Part shown: in pieces, positions 24,890 to 35,435 of the stretch
Layout of the letters: each line of letters opens with the position of its first letter
Position numbering within the stretch: position 1 is the stretch's first letter
Source: Alphaproteobacteria bacterium
Lineage (GTDB): Bacteria > Pseudomonadota > Alphaproteobacteria > UBA3830
DNA length: 64,000 nucleotides
Assembly (NCBI GenBank): GCA_045616365.1
Contig: JAZLGP010000055.1
Coordinates: 450-64,449 of the forward strand
Direction: 5' to 3'
Notes under the pieces: generated by a model
The model's input: the letters and a program-made list of their open reading frames with translations, nothing else
What the model was told of the DNA's origin: nothing
Databases searched by the model: none
Translations under genes and position numbers: made by a program

Positions 24890-26113
24890 TTAACATTTCT
24901 TACGACCTGTAGGAAGTTCAATGAAAGATAAAACAAAAATTGCAATCAATATCGATAACACTAAAGCGACCATTCCACATTTATAGTCGGCAGCACTATA
25001 TGTGAGATTCGATCCTTTAGACCAATCTAAAATATATCCAACCACCCAAACTAATATTGTGCAACCGAGCATAGTAATCATATTTACGATACCTGTTATA
25101 GTCGCCCCTTGCTTTTTATCACACAAAGATAATGCAGCAGGAAATGCCAAGAACTGACTCATTGCAGAAGCCCCCATGAGGAACAAAGTATAACATAGAA
25201 CTACAACAGAAGGCTGAGTAAAACTAATTATACTGAGACAAACAACAAAGCATGTCGCAGCACCCAACATCACTTTTTTAAAACTGTTTAATTTTTCTGA
25301 TAACCAAGCCAAAACCGGACTACCAACCATCATTCCGACATAAGCAAAACTCATTGAAAAAGCTGCTTTTTCTTTGGGAATATTATACGCATGAGTTATA
25401 AATGAAACCCCCCATGCATCGCAGAAAGATGAACAAGCTCCCCAAGTAGCCATTGAAAAAATACTGATTACTATATATCTGTAATCAGAAATTATAGTTT
25501 TTATATCCTTAAAAATTGAACAAGAGTTGGTTTTTATTTCAGGTTTTAATAAATCCTTTTCTTTGATTCCTAAAAATACTATTATTGAACATAAGATCCC
25601 TAAAGCCCCAAAGCATCTTATTATGTTGTGCCACAAAAAATACGAAGACAGATGAGCTATCAGAGGAGTACATATTATCGGCCCTATCCCTCCTATTGAA
25701 ATAGCTAATCCTGAAACCAAGGCAACTTTTTCACGGGGAAAATAATCATTTGAAACTTTCATAATCATAATAAAAGCAAATGAAGAAGTTGCCCCCAGAA
25801 TTACCTGAGAAATTGCGGCACAAATGTAATTTGACGAACTCACTAATGCAAGTAATCCGCAAGCAAATAAAGCAAAGGAGGATACAATAATTTTTTTTAC
25901 ACTTACTCTATCCATGATTAATCCAGTCGGAATTTGCATTACCGTATAAGCCAGATAAGATAAACTAACTAAAAATCCTATTTGTGAAGCACTTGCTCCA
26001 AAATAATCTTGTAAATTTTCATTCAGCACGTTTGGAATTGCAGATTTCATGCCGTATTGATACGCAAAAAACAATGCACAGAATGAAAGCAAAAACACAT
26101 ATTTTTTATTCAT
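24890..26113 (-). CDS. MFS transporter
   Basis: About 12 predicted hydrophobic helices in 407 aa, with an MFS-like loop TGLIMDRVSVKK after TM2. Confidence 0.8.
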   Translation of the reverse strand: MNKKYVFLLSFCALFFAYQYGMKSAIPNVLNENLQDYFGASASQIGFLVSLSYLAYTVMQIPTGLIMDRVSVKKIIVSSFALFACGLLALVSSSNYICAAISQVILGATSSFAFIMIMKVSNDYFPREKVALVSGLAISIGGIGPIICTPLIAHLSSYFLWHNIIRCFGALGILCSIIVFLGIKEKDLLKPEIKTNSCSIFKDIKTIISDYRYIVISIFSMATWGACSSFCDAWGVSFITHAYNIPKEKAAFSMSFAYVGMMVGSPVLAWLSEKLNSFKKVMLGAATCFVVCLSIISFTQPSVVVLCYTLFLMGASAMSQFLAFPAALSLCDKKQGATITGIVNMITMLGCTILVWVVGYILDWSKGSNLTYSAADYKCGMVALVLSILIAIFVLSFIELPTGRKKC

Positions 26114-26148
26114 AAATTTATTCCTAATGTTTTTAATTATACAAAAAA

Positions 26149-26982
26149 CTAAGCCTTGAAAAATTTTGCTTTCTCAAATAATTTGAAAAAATTTTCGCTC
26201 GTTACGTCTTCAACTTCTTTTCTTGAAATATTTTTCAGTTCTGAAATTTTTTCCGCAACATAAAACACAAACGCAGGTTCATTTATTTTTCCTCGAAAAG
26301 GAACAGGTGACAAAAACGGAGAATCCGTCTCAAGCAAAATTCGATCGAGAGGTAATATATCTCGAACCGTATTCTGCAAAACTGTATTTTTTTTGAAAGT
26401 TAAAGTTCCGCCGATTCCAAAAGAAAAAGAGGTTCTAAGAACTCTTTCGGCAAATTCACTCTCCCCCGAAAAACAATGAATAACTCCTGTCACATTCGGA
26501 TGATCTCCCAAAATCTCCATAGTATCTCGCCAAGCCTCACGAGAATGAATGGATACTGGCAAACCAAACTCCTCCGCCATTTCTAATTGAAAATGAAAAA
26601 TCTTTTTCTGCTCGAATTTTGCATCACTGAGATAATAATCCAGTCCGATTTCCCCTATCGCAATAGTCTTTTCTCGCCTGCAATGTTTTTGAAAAATATT
26701 ATGCATTTCATCAAAAGAATACTTTTCATAATGCTCCTGTGCATATTCCGGATGAATTCCGATTGATCTAAATACATTGGGAAATTTCTCAGAAATTTCA
26801 GAAAGATTCTCAACGTCAGACAACTGGGTCCCAATATTCAGCAGATATTCCACCCCTGATACAGACGCCCTCTCCACCAAAAGGTCCATACCATAATATT
26901 CCAAAGTCTTATCCGCCAATCGGGTTTCTAAAAAACTATCAAATCCCGAAAAACTCAAGTGACAATGAGAATCAACCAACAT
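26149..26982 (-). CDS. tatD: TatD-family metal-dependent hydrolase
   Basis: MLVDSHCHLSF, AIGEIGLDY, SIHSREA, GVIHCFSG and LLETDSPFL are TatD motifs. The start overlaps the metG stop by 1 nt. Confidence 0.9.
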   Translation of the reverse strand: MLVDSHCHLSFSGFDSFLETRLADKTLEYYGMDLLVERASVSGVEYLLNIGTQLSDVENLSEISEKFPNVFRSIGIHPEYAQEHYEKYSFDEMHNIFQKHCRREKTIAIGEIGLDYYLSDAKFEQKKIFHFQLEMAEEFGLPVSIHSREAWRDTMEILGDHPNVTGVIHCFSGESEFAERVLRTSFSFGIGGTLTFKKNTVLQNTVRDILPLDRILLETDSPFLSPVPFRGKINEPAFVFYVAEKISELKNISRKEVEDVTSENFFKLFEKAKFFKA

Positions 26983-28466
26983 TAATCAACTTTCGTAAAT
27001 AAAGGTGATGACTTTGGTAAAGTTTGCTTTACAAACCTTTGTTCTATTTCTGTAAACGAATTTCCTTTTACGTTGATATATTCGAAAATTTTACGCGCAG
27101 TATCTGGCATGAACGGAGCAATCCCAAACGCAATTGACTTAATAGCCTCGCATAACGCAGTCAAAACTGTGAACAACCTCGGATCATCCTTCTTCGCCAA
27201 TTCCCATGGCTTCTGATCGTTCACGAATTTATTGGACTCCGCAACCAATTCCCAGATGGTCGTTAACGCACCGTTCAGATCTTGACAATCTATTAATGGT
27301 CGCAACTTAGCAATCAATTGCTTAGAATGATCAAACAATATTTGCTCATCATCTGAGAAATTGTAATCTGGCTTCAATAAACCCTCTGATTTCTGGATAA
27401 AAGCTAAAACTCTTTGCACCAAATTTCCGAGATCATTTGCAAGATCATATGAAATTCTTTTCTTCAAAGCATCTATCGAAAAGTCTCCATCTTCTCCCAA
27501 ACGAACTTCCTTCATCATGAAGTATCTCAAACAATCAAGTCCGTATTTCTCAACAATTTCGAACGGATTTACGACATTTCCAACGGACTTAGACATTTTT
27601 TGACCTTCGCTGGTCCACCATCCGTGAGCAAAAATCTTCTTTGGCAACGGCTGTCCTGCCGCCATTAAAAATGCTGGCCAATACACAGCATGAAAACGCA
27701 AAATTTCTTTTCCGACAACGTGAATACATTCAGGAAAAAAGGACTCTACATTATCCTGATCATCAGGGAATCCCAACGAAGTTATATAGTTCGTCAACGC
27801 ATCGATCCAGACATACATTACATGTTTGTCGTCATTGGGAACAGGCACACCCCAATCAAATTTACTACGAGATATGCAAAGATCCTTAAGTCCGCTCTTT
27901 ACGAAGCTTATAATCTCATTACGACGGCTTATCGGAGAAATAAAATCAGGATGATCTTCATAGTAAGCAAGCAACTTATCCTGATAAGCCGAAAGTTTAA
28001 AGAAATAAGATTCCTCTTCCATCCATTCAACTTTACCTCCGCTCGGAGCAATTCCGTCAACGATATCTCCTTCATTTACAAAAGTTTCATCTCTTGGATC
28101 ATACCAACCTTCGTATGAGCTTTTGTAGATATCTTTCTCTATCAAAGTCCATAATTTCTGACTTGCCTTTATATGACGATCTTCAGTAGTACGGATAAAA
28201 TCGTCATAACTGATTTTCATTAACGAAGACATATCACGAAATCTTTGCGACATAACATCACTGAACGCATGAACATCCATGTTAGCTTTTTCCGCTGAAC
28301 GAGCTACTTTGATTCCGTGCTCGTCAGTTCCTGTTGAAAAATGAACATCGTATCCGTCCAATCTCTTAAATCTGGCTAAAATATCCGCCGCAGTACTGGC
28401 ATATGCGTGTCCGATATGCGGTTCACCATTGATATAATAAATCGGGGTTGTTACACAAAATTTCAT
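26982..28466 (-). CDS. metG: methionine--tRNA ligase
   Basis: PIYYINGEPHIGHAY (HIGH motif), KMSKSVGN (KMSKS motif) and the overall MetRS pattern. Confidence 0.95.
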   Translation of the reverse strand: MKFCVTTPIYYINGEPHIGHAYASTAADILARFKRLDGYDVHFSTGTDEHGIKVARSAEKANMDVHAFSDVMSQRFRDMSSLMKISYDDFIRTTEDRHIKASQKLWTLIEKDIYKSSYEGWYDPRDETFVNEGDIVDGIAPSGGKVEWMEEESYFFKLSAYQDKLLAYYEDHPDFISPISRRNEIISFVKSGLKDLCISRSKFDWGVPVPNDDKHVMYVWIDALTNYITSLGFPDDQDNVESFFPECIHVVGKEILRFHAVYWPAFLMAAGQPLPKKIFAHGWWTSEGQKMSKSVGNVVNPFEIVEKYGLDCLRYFMMKEVRLGEDGDFSIDALKKRISYDLANDLGNLVQRVLAFIQKSEGLLKPDYNFSDDEQILFDHSKQLIAKLRPLIDCQDLNGALTTIWELVAESNKFVNDQKPWELAKKDDPRLFTVLTALCEAIKSIAFGIAPFMPDTARKIFEYINVKGNSFTEIEQRFVKQTLPKSSPLFTKVD

Positions 28467-28486
28467 TTTTACCTCTTAACTCGAAT

Positions 28487-29545
28487 CTATTTAATTAAAG
28501 TTGCTTGTATTATTTCATCAGATGTATCTAACTTATTATCTTTAAGCATAAGAGATACAAAATTAAATACATTCCTAGCAAACAACTGACTTGAATCATA
28601 GGCTACACGCCCTGCAAAATCAGTATACCCGATAATAGTTACACCATTTATGACCACTTTTTTATCTTTTTCGGAAAGTTCACAATTACCACCAGTCTCC
28701 GTCGCCATATCAACGATTACAGACCCCGACGCCATACTGTTAACCATTTCTTTCGAAATTAATCGCGGAGCAGGTTTTCCCTGAATTTGCGCTGTGGAAA
28801 TTACAATATCCGACATTTTCAAAGCTTCAGCCAACTTCTCTGCCTGTTTCTTTTTATAATCATCAGACATTTCACGAGCATATCCTCCGACGGTTTCTCC
28901 ATTTTCATCAGATTCAATATCAACAAAAGTAGCCCCAAGACTTTCCACTTGTTCTTTCACAGCTCTTCTGACATCGAAAGCTTGCACACGAGCTCCCATA
29001 CGCCTTGCCGTTGCAATTGCCTGAAGCCCTGCAACTCCTGCACCTAAAATAAGTACTTTCGCTGGTCGAATTGTTCCGGCTGCCGTCATCATTAATGGTA
29101 TAACTCGACAATACTCAGATATTGCTTCGACAACTGCTCGATATCCAGCAATATTAGCTTGAGATGAAAGAATATCCATTGACTGCGCTCGAGTAATTCT
29201 TGGAACTTTCTCTAAAGCACACGGATTAATTCCCTTCAAAAATAATTTCTTCAAAATCTCCGCATTTTGAAATGGAGATAGCATTGCAATTAAGTAGCTA
29301 CCTTTACTCAGTTGCATATTTTCTGACAACTCAGGTTTTACACATAGATACAAGTCTGCATCAGCAACTGAACCATTACTAATAACTGCTCCCGCTGATT
29401 CATATTCTGAATCAGAAAATCCAGCAGACTCCCCTACTCCTTTCGGTAATACAACCTCGAAACCTAATTTAATATATTTCGCGGTAACTTCTGGAGTAAT
29501 CGCAACTCTTTTTTCATTTGGATTAATTATAGTACTGAGTTTCAT
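28487..29545 (-). CDS. pntAA: NAD(P) transhydrogenase subunit alpha part 1 (stand-alone dI domain)
   Basis: EKRVAITPE and the Rossmann motif VLILGAGVAGLQAIATARRMGA are present. The 352-aa length matches the split PntAA form. No pntAB or pntB is adjacent. Confidence 0.82.
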   Translation of the reverse strand: MKLSTIINPNEKRVAITPEVTAKYIKLGFEVVLPKGVGESAGFSDSEYESAGAVISNGSVADADLYLCVKPELSENMQLSKGSYLIAMLSPFQNAEILKKLFLKGINPCALEKVPRITRAQSMDILSSQANIAGYRAVVEAISEYCRVIPLMMTAAGTIRPAKVLILGAGVAGLQAIATARRMGARVQAFDVRRAVKEQVESLGATFVDIESDENGETVGGYAREMSDDYKKKQAEKLAEALKMSDIVISTAQIQGKPAPRLISKEMVNSMASGSVIVDMATETGGNCELSEKDKKVVINGVTIIGYTDFAGRVAYDSSQLFARNVFNFVSLMLKDNKLDTSDEIIQATLIK

Positions 29546-30254
29546 TTTTATCTCCTCTCAACAATCCCTGCACGAGATATTCTCTAGACAAAGGCAATTC
29601 CTTACTGCTTATACCATAAAAATAAATTTTTAAAAAATGCTGAGTTATCTTCAACGCCATCAAAATGTCTTCATTAGATGGATTATCATCATTATTCAGC
29701 AAAAACTTCGGCAACAAAAACAACCTATTTTTATATTTTTCCCCGACCTCTTTTACCACTGCCTTACCTGTACGAGGTGACACATAAAATAATCCTTCTT
29801 TCTTCCCTGTAACAGCACATTGAGACAGATTTAAACCTACTCCAACCTCAGATAAAAACATTTTTTCAAAAAAAACATAATTCAAAAGCCAATCATCATG
29901 AACTAATTCAAGCAAAAACTGCTTCACCGAATCATATAATTTTCCATGAGGAGCTCTATCTGGTAGTCCGTTACTACATAGAGTACAAACGCTATCGATT
30001 GCAAGAATTTCCAACGGATTTTCGAAAACAAAAGAAAAAGGTGAAAACACCGTCTCAATTTTAAATGTTCCAAGCTGATCTGCACTCCGACCTTTCCACG
30101 TAACATCTCCGATATCTCCGACGTGTATGACCGACTTAGTCCCTTTAACCAGCCCTGAAGTCTTTCCCATAGTTCGATTAAAAACACTAACTAAACGACA
30201 ATTCTCGCTAAATGGTTTTGATGATAAAATGATACTCTGTTCTTGCCATTGCAT
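29523..30254 (-). CDS. recO: DNA repair protein RecO
   Basis: The N-terminal OB-fold pattern is MQWQEQSIILSSKPFSENCRLVSVFNRTMGKTSGLVKG. The era-recO order is conserved. Confidence 0.82.
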   Translation of the reverse strand: MQWQEQSIILSSKPFSENCRLVSVFNRTMGKTSGLVKGTKSVIHVGDIGDVTWKGRSADQLGTFKIETVFSPFSFVFENPLEILAIDSVCTLCSNGLPDRAPHGKLYDSVKQFLLELVHDDWLLNYVFFEKMFLSEVGVGLNLSQCAVTGKKEGLFYVSPRTGKAVVKEVGEKYKNRLFLLPKFLLNNDDNPSNEDILMALKITQHFLKIYFYGISSKELPLSREYLVQGLLRGDKNETQYYN

Positions 30255-30257
30255 TCT

Positions 30258-31118
30258 CTATTTTTCCACAATAACATTCAAAAATAAGTGAACCTTTCGT
30301 TCAAGTAATTTCGACAATTCACAACGAGCTGCAGAACCAATAGCTCTAATTTTTTCCCCTTTATGCCCTAATAAAATCACTTTATGAGCCCTACTTTTTA
30401 CAAATATATTCTGAGCAATTCTTACAGATCCATCTGATTCATTACGATAATCTTCCGTAACTATCCTGCATTTGTATGGAATTTCCTGGTGAATTCTATG
30501 ATAAAGATGCTCTCGAGTAATTTCCGAAGTAAATTTTTCAAAAGATGAATCAGTAACTTCATCCTCTGGAAACAACCACTCTCCTTCCGGAACAACTTTC
30601 TCTAAATATTTTTTAATATCTTCAACACCATCACCGCTTAAGCTAGATATCATAAAAACATTTTCAAAGTTTCGAATTTCCGCAAACTTACTCGCAATCT
30701 CCAAAAGATTTTCTTTGAAAATCAAATCAACCTTGTTCAAAACCAACGAAACCTTCTTTTCTTTGTCGATTCTTCGCAACAGAGCCATACTTTTTGCAAA
30801 ATCTCTTTTATGAACATCCACTACGAATAATACTTCATTTGTTTCTCGAAACGCGTCCCAAGCGGTTTTTTCCAGCACATCTGAATGACGCTCTGAAACA
30901 AATCCGGGAGTATCTATTAATATTATCTGACTCTTTCCGCTAATTGCTATTCCCAATATACGACTAAGTGTAGTCTGAACTTTTCTTGAAACAATCGAAA
31001 CTTTTTGCCCTACCAACTTGTTTACTAGAGTTGATTTTCCTGCGTTAGTTTCCCCTAAAACAGCGACAAAACCACATCTCTCGCGTCCGAAGTCAACTAA
31101 ACTATCCGATTTTCTCAT
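30258..31118 (-). CDS. era: GTPase Era
   Basis: Has G1 GETNAGKSTL, G3 DTPG, G4 NKVD and a KH domain at the C-terminus. Confidence 0.93.
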   Translation of the reverse strand: MRKSDSLVDFGRERCGFVAVLGETNAGKSTLVNKLVGQKVSIVSRKVQTTLSRILGIAISGKSQIILIDTPGFVSERHSDVLEKTAWDAFRETNEVLFVVDVHKRDFAKSMALLRRIDKEKKVSLVLNKVDLIFKENLLEIASKFAEIRNFENVFMISSLSGDGVEDIKKYLEKVVPEGEWLFPEDEVTDSSFEKFTSEITREHLYHRIHQEIPYKCRIVTEDYRNESDGSVRIAQNIFVKSRAHKVILLGHKGEKIRAIGSAARCELSKLLERKVHLFLNVIVEK

Positions 31119-31144
31119 AGTAGATCTCCGTATTTTTCTGAAAT

Positions 31145-31819
31145 TTACTTTTCTAACTTTTCTATCAATTTTTTTGCAGCATCATGCTCTGCATTTTTCT
31201 TTGAATTTCCAAAACCCGAAGCAACTTTTCCACACGCAGAAACTTCCATCTCAAAAACTGGATCATGAGCCTCTCCACTCATCTTTATCAATCTATAAGA
31301 AGGCAACTCATCTGATCTACTTTGAACTATTTCCTGCAATCTGGTTTTAGAATCTTTCTTCTTGTAAATTACCTTATCTAAATCAGATCCCCATAAGCGA
31401 GTAACAACCTCTCTCGCAGCCGAAAACCCTGAATCCAAAAATACAGATCCCAACACCGCTTCCATCATATCTGCTATTGATGACGAATTCTTATTCTTAG
31501 AAACAAACAGATCTTTCGGATAAGAAAAACACTCTATCAACTTTGTTTTCTTCGCAAGATCTATCAAAAAATCTGTTCCGGCAAGAACCGACATTCGAAT
31601 AGCCAAATCGCCTTCACTTTCTTTCGAAAATTTTAAGAAAATCAAATGAGCCAATGATAACCCCAAAACTCGATCTCCTAAAAACTCCAATCTTTCGAAA
31701 CGTTTTGCAAAACTTCTATCAAACTTATTAGCTCCTGGATGCAAAATCGCCACAGAAATATTTTCTTTATCCTTAAACCTATACCCGATAATTTCTTCTA
31801 ATTCTGATAATTCTTTCAT
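31145..31819 (-). CDS. rnc: ribonuclease III
   Basis: Has the FERLEFLGDRVLG signature and a C-terminal dsRBD (GEAHDPVFEMEV...NSKKNAEHDAAKK). Confidence 0.93.
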   Translation of the reverse strand: MKELSELEEIIGYRFKDKENISVAILHPGANKFDRSFAKRFERLEFLGDRVLGLSLAHLIFLKFSKESEGDLAIRMSVLAGTDFLIDLAKKTKLIECFSYPKDLFVSKNKNSSSIADMMEAVLGSVFLDSGFSAAREVVTRLWGSDLDKVIYKKKDSKTRLQEIVQSRSDELPSYRLIKMSGEAHDPVFEMEVSACGKVASGFGNSKKNAEHDAAKKLIEKLEK

Positions 31820-32685
31820 TAATCTATGCTCTTTAGAATACGATCGTATCTAATGTTTTGGAACCATCTCCAAAACTCCCAAAGCTTCACTCCTTTATCG
31901 ATGGAGTACACCTTCAAAATCGCCCGTCCCATGAGATTTTCTTCAGGAATAAACCCCAAACCACAACGAGAATCTTTAGAACAATCTCTATTATCCCCCA
32001 TAACAAAATAGTGTCCTTCAGGAACAGTAACTTCCTTAAAATTATTCGCTTTCGAAAAGCTCATTTCTTCAATATATCCAACGGTGTGAACGGGAGCGTC
32101 AGACAACGGCAACTTTTCCTCATACCTCTGTATTATATACGTCTGTCCAGTTGGATAATCATAGTAATTAACCTCTTCCTTATAGGTTAACTTTGCTTTA
32201 ACTCCGTTGACGGAAATAATTCCATTATCTACACTAATCCTATCTCCCGGAAGAGCTACAACCCTCTTGATAAGATTCAAATCATCATTTGCAGGATTAC
32301 TAGGATCATGAGGGTGTTTAAAAACTATTATATCCCCTCGTTTCACATTGTTTTTGAAAAAATAACGTCCAGAAAACAAATTCGGACTAAACCAAATACT
32401 GTGTTTACTAACACCATAAGCGAATTTTTCTACAAAAGGCATATCTCCAACCAATAACGTCGGAACCATCGAACACGATGGAACAATATACCAATCATAG
32501 ACGAAAAACCGAAACAATAGAAAAACTACTGTAAACCACGCACAAAACTTTAGATCAGATTTAAGCTTCTCTTTTTTCTCCTCTGGAGTCAGTTCCTCTT
32601 TCTCGAAAAAAGTCTTCCTCAAATACTCCTTAACTTTGGAAAGATTTATTTTAGTCATCTTTTTGCGTTTTTTCCTTCTTTTCAT
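31819..32685 (-). CDS. lepB: signal peptidase I
   Basis: Has VPSCSMVPTLLVGD (catalytic Ser), LIKRVVALPGD (Lys box) and GDNRDCSKDSR. The ATG at 32685 has an AGGAG Shine-Dalgarno sequence 5 nt upstream. It overlaps the dksA 3' end by 35 nt. Confidence 0.9.
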   Translation of the reverse strand: MKRRKKRKKMTKINLSKVKEYLRKTFFEKEELTPEEKKEKLKSDLKFCAWFTVVFLLFRFFVYDWYIVPSCSMVPTLLVGDMPFVEKFAYGVSKHSIWFSPNLFSGRYFFKNNVKRGDIIVFKHPHDPSNPANDDLNLIKRVVALPGDRISVDNGIISVNGVKAKLTYKEEVNYYDYPTGQTYIIQRYEEKLPLSDAPVHTVGYIEEMSFSKANNFKEVTVPEGHYFVMGDNRDCSKDSRCGLGFIPEENLMGRAILKVYSIDKGVKLWEFWRWFQNIRYDRILKSID

Positions 32686-33076
32686 GACGCTCCTGAGCTT
32701 GAATACTCAGTGTCGCAGTAGGCCGTGCCTCCAATCTCCTCAAATCTATAGGCTCACCTGTGTCTTCACAATATCCATAACTTCCATCTTTTATCTTCGC
32801 TAAAGCCTCGTCTATTTTGGTGATTAACTTTCTCGCCCTCTCCTTAGATCTCAGCTCATAGCCCAAAGTGGTTTCGGTAGATGCTCGGTCAATAATATCT
32901 GTGCAGATTTCTTTCTCTTCCTTTAGGGACATTAACGCTAAATCGCTTTCATGAAGAAGTTCATCCTTCCATTGCTCCAATTTTCTTCTAAAATATTCAC
33001 GTTGAAAGTCATTCATAAACTCTTCATTCGCACTCGGAACATACCCCTCAGGCAACTCACAAATTTTATTTCTCAT
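32651..33076 (-). CDS. dksA: DksA-family RNA polymerase-binding transcription factor (zinc-finger cysteines mostly absent)
   Basis: Has a coiled-coil region with an acidic tip (DIIDRASTETT) and the C-terminal segment GSYGYCEDTGEPIDLRRLEARPTATLSIQAQE. Confidence 0.85.
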   Translation of the reverse strand: MRNKICELPEGYVPSANEEFMNDFQREYFRRKLEQWKDELLHESDLALMSLKEEKEICTDIIDRASTETTLGYELRSKERARKLITKIDEALAKIKDGSYGYCEDTGEPIDLRRLEARPTATLSIQAQERHEKKEKTQKDD

Positions 33077-33097
33077 AACATCTACCTTCTATTTTTT

Positions 33098-33454
33098 TTA
33101 CGCCAAAACAGCCTTTACCTTACTCACGATCTCCTTAAAAGCCACTTTATCGTTAATTGCTAACTCAGACAGAACTTTCCTATCGATAGCAATATTTGCT
33201 TTAGACAGACCATAAACAAACTGAGAATACTTCATACCATACTCTCTGACTGCTGCATTAATTCTGACTATCCAAAGTCTGCGAAAATCTCTTTTTTTGT
33301 TACGCCTGTCTCTGTAGGCATATTGCATAGATTTTTCTAATCTCTCGATAGCCGAACGAAAACAATTTTTTGAACGCCCAACAAATCCCTTCGAAAGATT
33401 TATAACCTTTCTGTGTCTGGCGTGTGCGGTCAAACCTCTCTTTACTCGTGACAT
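33098..33454 (-). CDS. rplT: 50S ribosomal protein L20
   Basis: [35 protein letters not shown]...[22 protein letters not shown] is canonical L20. Confidence 0.95.
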   Translation of the reverse strand: MSRVKRGLTAHARHRKVINLSKGFVGRSKNCFRSAIERLEKSMQYAYRDRRNKKRDFRRLWIVRINAAVREYGMKYSQFVYGLSKANIAIDRKVLSELAINDKVAFKEIVSKVKAVLA

Positions 33455-33465
33455 ACTCTATCTCC

Positions 33466-33663
33466 TTACTTATATGGCATATATTTTACAATGTTCTGCA
33501 CATCGCTTTCACTCAGAACCATAGTTCCTCGTGTCTGTCTTTTCATCTTTTGAGATTTATTCTTCATAAGATGTCGCCTATAAGCAGGCTGGGCTGTCAC
33601 CTTACCACTAGCTGTAAAAGAAAACCTTTTCTTTGCAGCACTTTTTGTTTTCAACTTGGGCAC
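33466..33663 (-). CDS. rpmI: 50S ribosomal protein L35
   Basis: (V)[21 protein letters not shown] is the L35 N-terminus. A GTG at 33663 lies 4 nt after a GGAGGA Shine-Dalgarno sequence. The ORF-track ATG at 33675 adds MEDK. Confidence 0.88.
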   Translation of the reverse strand: MPKLKTKSAAKKRFSFTASGKVTAQPAYRRHLMKNKSQKMKRQTRGTMVLSESDVQNIVKYMPYK

Positions 33664-33902
33664 TTTATCCTCCATTTTTAGCTAAATCGAATTAGGTACA
33701 CCCTAAACACCCAATCCAACAACACTCAGCAACTGAATACACAACTGCTTTCTCCTTTATAACAAATTATATATCAATTTCAAACATGAATCGATAAACA
33801 GAGGATACAAAAATTCGAAAAAGATTTTTTGAAAATTCCTCTGTATCACTAATCTCGACATCCCGAGAACAAAATAGCAGAACTTTTACGCTCTCACTGT
33901 AA

Positions 33903-35324
33903 TCAGCTTTTCCTGGTTCTTTTCTCCACGGCATTACTTACAGTTTCTGCTATTTTTTTCCCAACGTCAGTTGATGAAAAAGCATCCAATAAACTAGATA
34001 TATTAAAACCATTTGATGGACTAAATGTATTAGCAGCTTTTGATACACCGTCCGTAACTGTTTCAGAAGTCGCATAAATCTTGACATCCGCATTGCCCAA
34101 GTTTTTAGCCTGCTCAATTCCAACCTGCATCAAAGCTTCAACACGTTTTGTGTTTATCATAAATTCTTGATATTCCGGATTACTTTGGACTTTATCAAAA
34201 AGCTCTATATCTCCTGCTACTTTAGCTCTTTCATCAAGCTCTTTGGAGGTTGCTTGAGCTTTTCCTTTTGCCTCAATCCCCAAAGCTTCATTTTTTGCTG
34301 CTTTAAGATCCGCATCTGCCCTAAGTTCTACTTCAGCTTTTTTGGCTTCAGCTTCAAGGACTTTAACCTTCTTTTCTCCCGCACTTCTAGCAACACTTGC
34401 TTCCGCATTTAATTCAACAACACTTTTGTTACCCTCAGCCTTAACAATGCTTGCCTGCTTTTGTATTTCTGCCGTTTGCACTTCTTGAACTCTCTGAACT
34501 GCCATCTTTTTTTCAGTAGTAATTTTGGCTTGCTCTTGAACCATTTGTTTCGCCTGCTCTTCAGCAATACCAACCTTTTTTGAAACTTCAGCCTTTCTTA
34601 AGCCAACTGCTTGAATAGCTTCTTGCTCCTTCAAATCCACTTCCTTCTTTGCCAAAATCTCTGCTTCATTGGCTTTTCTCATATTTTCCGCAACAGTTTG
34701 CCTACTCTCCATCTCAATTTGAGACTTCTTTTTTGCCATGATATTTACAATTACGTTAGAGCCGTGAGAATCTCGTATATCCATTAACTCTATGTTTTTA
34801 ACAGCAGAAACCCCCCATTCAACAAGCTGATTTGTTACTTCATTTGTAAACATTTCACCGTATTTATTGCGCTCCCCCATTATCGTATTAAGGTCTTCCT
34901 TTGCAAGAATGGAACGAGCTGCACCTTGTACAATGCCGAGTAATTGTTTTTCAAGCTCTTGCTGATTCGATACACGTTGAGATGCCATAACTGGACTACT
35001 TATTCTAAAAAATGATTTAATATCGATAACAAACGGCAAACGATCTTTGTCATATGCTTCATAATCAGGAATATCCAAATCAAACACGTTTATTCCAAAT
35101 TTTGTAACAGAAACACCTAACAAAGGAACCCATACGGGAAATTCATAATAGATATTTCCTTTACTATCTAAAGTAGCACCATAACAATAAGTCTGCGGAC
35201 CAGAACGAACAACATGAACTTCATTTGTAGGAACTATTCTACGTAAAGACAAAATAACGACAGTCAGCCATAATACAAACACGACACCTATAATATCAGC
35301 CAACATCCAATTAATCATGATCAT
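33903..35324 (-). CDS. SPFH/band-7 flotillin-like membrane protein
   Basis: Has an N-terminal TM helix, an SPFH domain, and then a long Ala/Glu/Lys/Gln coiled-coil (AEILAKKEVDLKEQEAIQAV...), as in YqiK/flotillin homologues. Confidence 0.78.
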   Translation of the reverse strand: MIMINWMLADIIGVVFVLWLTVVILSLRRIVPTNEVHVVRSGPQTYCYGATLDSKGNIYYEFPVWVPLLGVSVTKFGINVFDLDIPDYEAYDKDRLPFVIDIKSFFRISSPVMASQRVSNQQELEKQLLGIVQGAARSILAKEDLNTIMGERNKYGEMFTNEVTNQLVEWGVSAVKNIELMDIRDSHGSNVIVNIMAKKKSQIEMESRQTVAENMRKANEAEILAKKEVDLKEQEAIQAVGLRKAEVSKKVGIAEEQAKQMVQEQAKITTEKKMAVQRVQEVQTAEIQKQASIVKAEGNKSVVELNAEASVARSAGEKKVKVLEAEAKKAEVELRADADLKAAKNEALGIEAKGKAQATSKELDERAKVAGDIELFDKVQSNPEYQEFMINTKRVEALMQVGIEQAKNLGNADVKIYATSETVTDGVSKAANTFSPSNGFNISSLLDAFSSTDVGKKIAETVSNAVEKRTRKS

Positions 35325-35435
35325 CTGCTCCTAAAATGAAATTTAATTTATTATATTCCTAAGAATTGTATAAAGCAATTAAAATTTGACAAAATTTTTT
35401 ACAATATGATCAAAAAATCAAATAATTCTTACATA

